A DNA stretch of 62,912 bases, filler included, from Octopus bimaculoides (taxonomy: Eukaryota): assembly GCF_001194135.2 (NCBI RefSeq). It is 5 parts of 5 records of this genome, joined end to end, with 100 filler letters (N's around TTAATTAATTAA, not from the genome) between each part and the next. Parts side by side here need not be neighbours in the genome. Positions count along the whole stretch, not along the records: positions 46,715 to 53,608 come from NC_068988.1; positions 53,709 to 61,676 come from NC_068999.1; positions 61,777 to 62,912 come from NW_026382797.1; 2 more parts are not named here. The stretch is one strand, 5' to 3'. The notes below the pieces were generated by a model, which did not search any database, was not told the DNA's origin, and saw only the letters and a program-made list of their open reading frames with translations. How positions within the stretch are numbered: position 1 is the stretch's first letter; each line of letters opens with the position of its first letter. The position numbers were made by a program, and so were the translations under genes. Positions 52,864 through 62,912 of the stretch are shown here, in pieces.

Positions 52864-53608
52864 TCAGGTCATCCCATAAGTTCTGTCCGATTTTGCCTTT
52901 TTTAAAATTCAATGAAATTTAATATAGTATTTTAGAATGTCTAATGGAATTAAAAATTATTTTTATGCATTTGTGTTCATTCAAACTAATTAAATATTAT
53001 TTTACAGAATAATAGAATTAAAATTTCTTTGATTAAAACCATTTGTAACATGGAAATATCCAAAAAACATTTGATGCACATAATGCTTTATGAGTGCAAA
53101 AAAGGAAACTCTGCAGCCAAAGCGACTCGAAACATACCCTCAGTTTATGGGAAAGAATGCTTGAATGAAAGAACTTGCTGAAGATAATTTGCAAAATTCA
53201 GAAGTGTCGATTTCAGCCTTGAAGATGAAGATCGAACAGGACGTCCAGTTGAGTTTGATGATAAGTTCCTTCAGGCATTACGTGGAGAAAATCCTGCCTC
53301 GTGAATTGTCCGAAAGCAACCGCAAATCCCGAGTTGATATCTGCTCTTCTCTCCATTCTCGCTACCTCATTTCACTCCTTTTGGATAGACTTGTGACAGG
53401 TGACGAAAAATGGATCTTCTATCGAAATGTTAAACGTTGTAAACAGTGGCTTGGTAAGAGGGAAAAAGCTCAACCACAACCGAGAAGGGAACTTCATGGG
53501 AAAAAAAGGTTCTTCTCTCTATCTGGTGGGATTGCAAAGGATTACTACCTAATGCAACAATCAATGCTCAAGTCTACTGTCAGCAATTAGAGCGTTTGAG
53601 TCAAGCTT
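52864..53608 (+). mobile_element. Defective mariner transposon; right part lost in a gap
   Basis: TA followed by TCAGGTCATCCCATAAGTTCTGTCCGATTT (TIR). From 53050 reads MEISKKHLMHIMLYECKKGNSAAKATRNI...ILPRELS...LVTGDEKWIFY. Confidence 0.9.
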
Positions 53609-54379
53609 NNNNNNNNNNNNNNNNNNNNNNNNNNNNNNNNNNNNNNNNNNNNTTAATTAATTAANNNNNNNNNNNNNNNNNNNNNNNNNNNNNNNNNNNN
53701 NNNNNNNNGACAGACAGACAGACAAATCGACAAACAGACACTATATACCATTCATCCGAAGCTTTGTTTTCCAAAATCAATACGTGGGGCTTCTTCTTCG
53801 AGATTTTCAGGCGACACTTGCGTTTTTGTTGTTCTTTAATACTTTTCGGGGTTTTTTTTTTCTTTTAAACTGTCTTCTCTCCGAATTAGTTTGATCTCAT
53901 CAGCTGACTCTTAAAACAATGCGTGGAAAGAAAAGAAATGAAAAAATATTTAGAATTTTCTAAGAATTTCTCGAGAATTCCATAGATTGACATTTCAAAA
54001 TAGGACGGATCTTCTTGAGATATTGGTTGGAACCATTGTTGAACTATTTAAATGAACACTTGGCAATTGTTTGACAAAGAGAACCTTGCTGAAGAATTTC
54101 CAATCAATATGTTCATTTGTGTGGTATTCGATATAAAGTGTGTGTATTGATCTAATTGTCGTCTTTTTTTCATTGTAAAAAATATACATGGTAATTAAGA
54201 TTATGGCGTATTTTATTAGGAACACGCGTTTTTGTACATTCGCTTCTACTTTTAATTATTTGAAGTCTTCCTGTAAGGAAGGGGCAGGTTTTTAACAAAG
54301 ATACAAAGTTCCATCGTTGAGATGTGAATAATAAGAAGAAAGTAATATTTGGAACTTGAGGAAAGTCTTGCATATTTTT

Positions 54380-54970
54380 ACTGTTCCACAGTATTTGCAA
54401 TGCGCGAGTTCGCTGGTTGATTTCTTTTTGTGAAAACCCCAGCTTTTCCAGATTGTCACTTAGGTATTTGCTCACAAAACCAACAACAGTAATCATTATT
54501 GGTATGGATATGAATTTATAATCTGGGTATAGAATCTGAAAGCTTCAAAGCATCTGTATGTATGTATGTATGTCTGTAACGAGTGTGGTCTTGTCTATGT
54601 GAGAGAGACCTTAGAGGGCCACTTTCTGCGGTTTGTGCTCATACCACGCCTTGCCTCTCTCTAGCCCCCACTTTTCGCAAAACTTCCAGTGTAGCACTTT
54701 CGCTGCCTGGTCATGTCACCACAACTTGTAGTGGTTTTGGGCAAGTCTAGGGCATTCGTTCGTAATATGGGCAATGGTCTCATCCACTCCATTGCAGATG
54801 CGGCACAGCGGGGACACTTGCCCATTCCAAACAGATCGGATTTGCACTCTGACCTCGTAAAAACCTTCATCAGCAACGACTCCCCAGGAAGACCCATGGG
54901 TTTAGAGGGTTCTCGCCGATATGGGGCAAAGGCGCCATCTGCCGGGAATAGAAGGGAATCGCCAACCGAA
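54380..54970 (-). mobile_element. REL-type retrotransposon fragments (CCHC knuckle and C-terminus)
   Basis: SPLCRICNGVDETIAHITNECPRLAQNHYKLW*HDQAAKVLHW, and, beyond a (TATG)n tract, LYPDYKFISIPI...NLEKLGF. Confidence 0.85.
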
Positions 54971-55031
54971 CGATGAACGCAGCAACATACTGGTACACTA
55001 CATGCTCCCATACTACTACTACTCCTGCCAC

Positions 55032-55062
<31 letters not shown>

Positions 55063-56059
55063 AGAAACATTGCTTTAACAGAATCAACAACAAAATTTTC
55101 TACAGAACCAAAAATCTAAAGCATTGCTGTAACAAACTCAACAACAACAACCACGACAGCAAACGACAATAATCATTATTAAATACAACAACAATAACAA
55201 ACCTTGCTTCAATACAAAAAAAAACAATAACATGCAGTGCCGCAACAATAACAACAGCAAGCATTACAAAAAAAAAAAAAACAGATTACAATGAAAGCGG
55301 AGGAAGTTGCCGGTCGGTTATTAACCTTGAGAGGTTGGCCTCGTGCTTAGGTCAGAAATCAATAACTTCCTTCGAGCTGAAGAAATTTATAAAAATATGT
55401 TATCGATGAAATATTAAATTGAACAATAAACATTTAAGACCAGAGCAACCTTGAGCAGGAAATGAATTTGCGGTCCGGTTTCTAGTCATGCTTAAAGCTG
55501 TTGTTTTTATTCCGTTTTACACTCTTAAACGCCCTTGAGATGCAATATAATAAACATTTTAAAGAAAAAAAACCCTGAATNNNNNNNNNNNNNNNNNNNN
55601 NNNNNNNNNNNNNNNNNNNNNNNNNNNNNNNNNNNNNNNNNNNNNNNNNNNNNNNNNNNNNNNNNNNNNNNNNNNNNNNNNNNNNNNNNNNNNNNNNNNN
55701 NNNNNNNNNNNNNNNNNNNNNNNNNNNNNNNNNNNNNNNNNNNNNNNNNNNNNNNNNNNNNNNNNNNNNNNNNNNNNNNNNNNNNNNNNNNNNNNNNNNN
55801 NNNNNNNNNNNNNNNNNNNNNNNNTCTATTTAATGTCACTGTGTTTTATATTTGCGCCGCAAATCACTTTAATTCTCAACTGAAGCTAGATATAACTCCT
55901 TCCTATAAACAGAAGGAACAACAACAATTTGTGTAGGGGACATAAAACAGCACCCTGTTTAACACCAGCAACTGGTCTCACCGTGTGTATAGGGCAAAAT
56001 ATATCTACACCAAATCCAATGGTCTTTCTCTGTTCACGATTGTCCTACAAATATTTCAG

Positions 56060-56589
56060 ACACTTCGTTCACTACGATGAAAAGAAATGAGAAAGATATG
56101 GTATATAATTTTTTTTTTTTTTTGTACAGGGTTTCCTTGAGACGTAATTTATTTTATGGCTTACGCAAGGGTAAAAAGGCTGAGAAACACTGAGAAACCT
56201 TCGCTAATGAAGGTTTCAATTTCTTTTTGCATTATCCATGATAGCAGGCGGTAAATTTGAGGGAGATTTAGCAGCTATTTCTACAGAATCAGGCAATCAC
56301 ATACAACTCCCTGTTTGCTGCTGCAGCTGCTGTTTTTGACACCGTTAATTCTATGACTGTTTCAGGAGCCAGCATTGATGTAGACATAGAAAGAGGCACA
56401 CAAGTAATTGTTGACGACATCTTGAGACAGAAGCAAAAGTTGGTAAAATGAAGTTTCTCATTGTATCTAAGACTTTGGAATCCTCAAAGACATGGATTAT
56501 GTATTTACTTCCATTCTTTCTTCGCAGATTTTCCATTTCCAAAGACAGATTCTATTCTGATAGATGAATCAAACTGACACCGTTTCACG
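56060..56589 (+). other. Three phase-compatible candidate exons (56060-56100, 56287-56442, 56528-56589); coding status unknown
   Basis: Acceptors ATATTTCAG, TATTTCTACAG and TTCTTTCTTCGCAG; donors GTATAT, GTAAAA and GTATGA. Joined peptide: MKRNEKDM-NQAITYNSLFAAAAAVFDTVNSMTVSGASIDVDIERGTQVIVDDILRQKQKL-IFHFQRQILF*. Confidence 0.3.
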
Positions 56590-56823
56590 GTATGATTATT
56601 TCTTCATTTCGAAATCTGCACATAAATACAGCGATATATTCACACGCAGATGCATACATTCACCCATACGTACATTCATACATACGTGCATACACTCATA
56701 GATACACACACGCACATACATGTATACATATTATACACGCACAAGCACACACACACATATATACATATACATATATATATATATATATGTATATATAAAT
56801 ATATACATATATATATCTGTCTA

Positions 56824-56856
<33 letters not shown>

Positions 56857-58069
56857 NNNNNNNNNNNNNNNNNNNNNNNNNNNNNNNNNNNNNNNNNNNN
56901 NNNNNNNNNNNNNNNNNNNNNNNNNNNNNNNNNNNNNNNNNNNNNNNNNNNNNNNNNNNNNNNNNNNNNNNNNNNNNNNNNNNNNNNNNNNNNNNNNNNN
57001 NNNNNNNNNNNNNNNNNNNNNNNNNNNNNNNNNNNNNNNNNNNNNNNNNNNNNNNNNNNNNNNNNNNNNNNNNNNNNNNNNNNNNNNNNNNNNNNNNNNN
57101 NNNNNNNNNNNNNNNNNNNNNNNNNNNNNNNNNNNNNNNNNNNNNNNNNNNNNNNNNNNNNNNNNNNNNNNNNNNNNNNNNNNNNNNNNNNNNNNNNNNN
57201 NNNNNNNNNNNNNNNNNNNNNNNNNNNNNNNNNNNNNNNNNNNNNNNNNNNNNNNNNNNNNNNNNNNNNNNNNNNNNNNNNNNNNNNNNNNNNNNNNNNN
57301 NNNNNNNNNNNNNNNNNNNNNNNNNNNNNNNNNNNNNNNNNNNNNNNNNNNNNNNNNNNNNNNNNNNNNNNNNNNNNNNNNNNNNNNNNNNNNNNNNNNN
57401 NNNNNNNNNNNNNNNNNNNNNNNNNNNNNNNNNNNNNNNNNNNNNNNNNNNNNNNNNNNNNNNNNNNNNNNNNNNNNNNNNNNNNNNNNNNNNNNNNNNN
57501 NNNNNNNNNNNNNNNNNNNNNNNNNNNNNNNNNNNNNNNNNNNNNNNNNNNNNNNNNNNNNNNNNNNNNNNNNNNNNNNNNNNNNNNNNNNNNNNNNNNN
57601 NNNNNNNNNNNNNNNNNNNNNNNNNNNNNNNNNATTTTCCATTTCCAAAGACAGATTCTATTCTGATAGATGAATCAAACTGACACCGTTTCACGGTATG
57701 ATTATTTCTTCATTTCGAAATCTGCACATAAATACAGCGATATATTCACACGCAGATGCATACATTCACCCATACGTACATTCATACATACGTGCATACA
57801 CTCATAGATACACACACGCACATACATGTATACATATTATACACGCACAAGCACACACACACATATATACATATACATATATATATATATATATGTACAT
57901 ATATATACACATATATGTACACATATGTATATGTATGTACTTGTGCATGTATATACACACACAAACACACACACGCTCAAATATCTGTATGCCAACGTAC
58001 AAACAAACGTATAGACAAACAGACAGACAGACAAACAAATTGATAGATACATAGATACAGTATATATAT

Positions 58070-58134
<65 letters not shown>

Positions 58135-58284
58135 CACCTATATATTCATAAGTGTGTAAACATAAAATTCGTTTTCCTCAATCTCTTTTCCATGTTCTTC
58201 CATTTCTCTTCCCTAAAATTCTATTTCTCCCACTTATTACTCTTAATCCAATCATCACTACTACTACTACTACTACTGCTACTA

Positions 58285-58319
<35 letters not shown>

Positions 58320-58949
58320 ACTGTTGCTGCTACTGTTGCTGCTACTGCTGCTACTACTACTATGACTTCTCCTTTTCCTTTTCCACCTTCTTATATTCTT
58401 TCTTTATCTTTCCATTTCTGTTTTTAGTTTTCTTTCTATGACACCAACACCACTCCTACCACTACCACTACCACCAGAACATAATGACCGCCACAACGCA
58501 ACATTCAACCTCGCCAAAACGTCGTAATGCTACAGAACCTAACAATGCAAACACAACACATCACAACAACCACCATCCGACAACGCCAGAAACACAACGC
58601 AAACCACAACTACAACATCAACAACACCGGAACTACACCACAGAACTACTGCAATACCGCAACAACACCTGACCACCACAGTATCACATTCCACCATGAA
58701 ACTACGATAACAGCAATAACAACACCGATACCACAGCACGACAATACCGCCATAAATACCACCACCACCAACAACAACACCACCATCGCCAACACCACCA
58801 CCAACACCACCATCACCCATACAACCATCAACCACCACCAACACCAGCGCGAAACCACAACTGCAAACACCTGCTCCGCGTCATTATGCGCCATTTTAAT
58901 ACCACTAAGAACAATGTGACTAACCACCAACCACCACCACTTCCACTAA

Positions 58950-59009
<60 letters not shown>

Positions 59010-59256
59010 TGGTGGTGGTAGTGCTGCCAACATCTTCTTGGCCTCGGGGTGGAATTATAGTAATATTTCGTGAGAAGATGGTTGTTCTCGGCCTAATGCA
59101 GTGATAACACACAGACAGACATCACTGATCCAAACACGCATTCATATATGTAACAAGCACGCATACATGTGTAAGAGTTCCTGAATATACACATACACAC
59201 ATACATACAGATACATGTTTGCACTTTCGCACATATACGTCGACATGTATCTGTAG

Positions 59257-59339
<83 letters not shown>

Positions 59340-59984
59340 CAACCTTATATTTTATCCGCATATATATACATATATATAAACATGCCCGCATACATACATT
59401 ATATATGTAATACATATAGAAAGGTATTGATATATTGTTACAGACATATACATGTATATGTATATATATATGTCTTTGTGTGTGTAATTTTGCGTATATG
59501 TATATATTTAGTTATATATGTATATATGTATGTATGGATGGATGTACAATATTTGTAATTCACTATTCATATAAAGGGTTAAATGAATAGGCTAAAGAAT
59601 AAATAAATAAATAAAAAGCCTTTAACCAATTTAATATGAAGTCGCTCCTTCTTTCTAACGACATCTTGTCAGTTTACCGAGCAACCTGAATATATTAATG
59701 TTGCTAAGCTAAAGTGTTTAAGAACGAACAGACTGATGGAATGTCTTGCAAGAATGTGTGAAGGACATCTTATTAAACTGGAGTCACGATCTAAACAAAC
59801 ATAGCTAAGTCAATTGAAGAAGAAGAAGACCCTTGATATAAACACTAACATATCACAAACAGCCAATACAGAAGCCTTACTGAATATTTAATTATCTAAG
59901 CTATGCAAATCTACTTCAGCAACCACATTTCCAGCAACAGCAAAATATCCTACGTGGTTTAATATAAACGCGTTCCCGTGGGAC

Positions 59985-60190
59985 GAGATGGCGGAACCGT
60001 TAGCGTGCTTGGTAAAAATGCTTGGCATCATTTCGTTTGTCTTTACGTTCGGAGCTCGAATTCCGTCGTGACCGTCGCTGCTTTTTTATTCTTTCGGGGT
60101 CGATGAAATGAGTACCAGTTGATCCCTGAGAGTCGATTAGCTCCTTCTCCCGAAATTACTGGCCTTGTGCAAAGATGGGAAATCAATATG
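59985..60190 (+). mobile_element. Deu/Nin-like SINE; another copy at about 60990-61190
   Basis: GATGGCGGAACCGTTAGC...TTCTTTCGGGGTCGATGAAATGAGTACCAGTTG. Confidence 0.8.
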
Positions 60191-60408
60191 TACGCGTTCT
60201 CGAGCGCGTGCACATGCATACTTACACGGACACGAAATATGCAGGCACGCATGCGCAAGCTAACTCGATAACATGCAGCTGATAGTTTTACTTGGTAGAA
60301 ATTGTAACCAAATCTCCCTCCAGTTACACTGCGGCATTTTAAAAGAGAAAAACGTGAGTGTATGTATGTATGTATATATATATATATACATATATATACA
60401 TATATAGC

Positions 60409-60483
<75 letters not shown>

Positions 60484-60735
60484 AAATTTCAAGCCGTGTC
60501 ATCATGAAGCTCATCTGCTTATTGTAATATTCCAAATCTGTAAGAAGACGTTATATTTCTGTGATGTTTGCATCACATATACAGAAATAGATATATACAT
60601 ACAAGCATATATTATTATATGAGTATGTGTGCATGTGTGCGTCTATGTATATATGTATGTATGTAAGTAAAATTGATTGTCACTCGTAAGAGAGTATATC
60701 CTTGTAGTTTGTGCTATGCTTAAGCTATGTTTTAG

Positions 60736-60845
60736 ATACTTATGTAATCGTGACCAAACACGGAGAAGTTCTACACCCTCTCATACCGGACGGCACGAAA
60801 CATCGAGGAGGTGTCAGACGGCAGCAGAGAAGGCTGCTTCAATAG
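60736..60845 (+). CDS. Candidate terminal exon
   Basis: TATGTTTTAG|, phase 1: DTYVIVTKHGEVLHPLIPDGTKHRGGVRRQQRRLLQ*. Confidence 0.25.
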
Positions 60846-61193
60846 TCAGCTGATAGTCATCTGGTTACTCGCAGTCACTTCTTCGCGCATCTAATCACTA
60901 ATATGCTCCAGTCAGATGTTTTGAGTATCACCACTACTACAACCATCAACGCTACCACGAACACCACCTCCATCACCAACTTTGTGCCCGAACAAGACAA
61001 AATGATGTACGGTATTTCTTTCGGATCTTAACGGTCTATGTTCAAATCCCGCCAAAATCAACTTCGAATGTCATCTTTACGGGATGGATAAAATAAGATA
61101 CCAGTTAAATACTGGGTCGATATAATCGATTAAACTCCTCCCTACAAACACAACAATTTAAAACTTGTGTCTGCGGTAGAAATCAATATTTAT

Positions 61194-61234
<41 letters not shown>

Positions 61235-62454
61235 TGTTGTTGTTGTTGTTAAACCGAAAGTAGACCGACTCAGCAGGTATATGATGAAAGGTGTTCCAGC
61301 CCTTAAAATCCGGTCCTTCTTTTCACCCTTTTAAAGACAGTCGGGTGAGATTTTAGGCATAATTCCCTGCTATGTTTAGCAGATTGAATAACCACTTACT
61401 GGTTTGAACCTTTGATGATGGTAGTAGTGGCGACGATGATGGTGATAGTGACGCAGTGGTTTTAGTGGTGATGAAGTTGTTGCTGTTGTTGTTGTTGGTG
61501 GTGGTGGTGATGGTGGTGGCGGTAGTAGTAGTGGATACCATGGGGTGGAGGTTGTAGTGGAGATAGTGGTGGCGTCCATTTGGTGCTGGTTGCCGAGTTG
61601 GTAGTTGTAGTGGGAAGGTGGCGGTGGGTGTTGATGGAGGTAGAGGATATTTGCGGTGCCAGTATTAGTGGTGGTGNNNNNNNNNNNNNNNNNNNNNNNN
61701 NNNNNNNNNNNNNNNNNNNNTTAATTAATTAANNNNNNNNNNNNNNNNNNNNNNNNNNNNNNNNNNNNNNNNNNNNAATGTAACAAATAAGAAATAAAAT
61801 AAGAACTAAAAAATAAGAACTAAAAAATGAAAATAAGAGATACAAAATTAAAAAAAAAATTAAGAAATAAAAAAAATTAAAACAAAAAAGCCCCCGAAAT
61901 AAAAGAGTATAAAATAAAAATGTAAAGGTATAAAGTGAGAATATAAAATATATAACAATTGGGAAAAAAGAAATGTATATATATATATAAATAAATAATA
62001 TATATATATATACATATCTAAAAAATTAAAAAAATTAAATTAAATTAAATTAAAAAATATAAAAATAAAAAATAAAATAAAAAATAAAAAATAAAATAAT
62101 ATAAAAGTAGTAGAATAAATTAACAAGGTAAAAATTACAAAAGAGCCTTGATTAGTGTTATTTCGTGTTATAATTTTGTATTGTAGTGTCCTTGGAGGGT
62201 TTCGAGTCGGTGACTGAAAGGTAGAACTATATCCATAGGTTTGGGATTATGGATCCGGTTTATTAAAAATGTGTGTAAATTAAGTGGTCATAATCTAGCT
62301 ATTCGAGGGTAAACCACATTATTAATGTATATAGTTAGGTTAGGGGTAGAGTACGGGCTTTGTTAATTAGGTGTCTGAGTTGTGGTAGGTAGGATCTAAC
62401 GAGGGAGTAGTTAATTAGAGGAAGTGTAGAAGTGCATATAACTAAAAGAGAGGA

Positions 62455-62912
62455 TTTAGGGGTTATAATATCTAAAGGTTTTCATCATTTTATGGATACA
62501 GGAGGGTTTGAAATCTGACCTCTTATTAACTAGTTTATTCTTATCAGGGAATTTAATAACTAGCATAACTAGCAACCAGTTCTATTATCTTTATACGTTG
62601 GGGCCGATCCAACAATAGACCATCTAAGGTTAAAATTAATCTTGTCGTCCTTAAGCTCCCAAATTCTGCGAGATAATGAGGTGTTGTTAGCCTTATGTCT
62701 GAGTCTAAACGAAGATCCGTGGTTATAAAACCTAGATTTCCAGGATGAAGAACATCCCAGGTATGTGAGGGTGTTAGTTTCTGTGATAATTTCGCAAGAG
62801 TATATTACGTTTTTAGCTGAGCAGTTTCCGCGTAAGAGACATGTTGAAGGTGTTACACAATGGCAACCGATTTTATACTTATTAGGTCGTCTTATGCCTA
62901 CATTTGTGGGGT
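62455..62912 (-). mobile_element. Second Penelope-like GIY-YIG C-terminus (different subfamily from 26440); runs off the window
   Basis: GCHCVTPSTCLLRGNCSAKNVIYSCEI...YLGCSSSWKSRFYNHGSSF...TSLSRRIWELKD...WSIV...LVNKRS. Confidence 0.9.

Noticed and set aside
58484-59112. Mucin-like Thr/Asn/His-rich ORFs
   Set aside because: Degenerate (ACC/AAC)n microsatellite that is open in several frames on both strands, with no splice support.

Overview
AT-rich, gap-ridden, microsatellite-dense eukaryotic scaffold. The tRNA-derived SINE families and Penelope/REL/RTE/CR1 remnants are consistent with an octopus genome; species is inferred, not verified. Most entries in the ORF track are artefacts of microsatellites or N gaps. 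The best-supported gene is a plus-strand, multi-exon extracellular mosaic protein whose 5' end lies outside the window. It has an LDL-receptor class A exon (439-552), a possible SRCR-like exon and two divergent MAM domains on four exons (11763-21529). Further plus-strand candidate exons occur at about 25-27 kb, 48-50.5 kb (ending in a GPI-signal-like tail) and 56-61 kb, but they cannot be joined with confidence. The introns hold nested hAT/Tc1/CR1 elements, mariner copies, Helentron-like HINEs, MITEs, long palindromes and inverted repeat pairs. The most unusual observation is a cluster of three hammerhead-ribozyme-like motifs beside a Penelope GIY-YIG fragment (26.4-28.7 kb). One of them lies inside an open, splice-flanked candidate exon. 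No prokaryotic-type system (CRISPR, operon) is present. TE and SINE boundaries are approximate. Family assignments come from motif recognition, not database searches.
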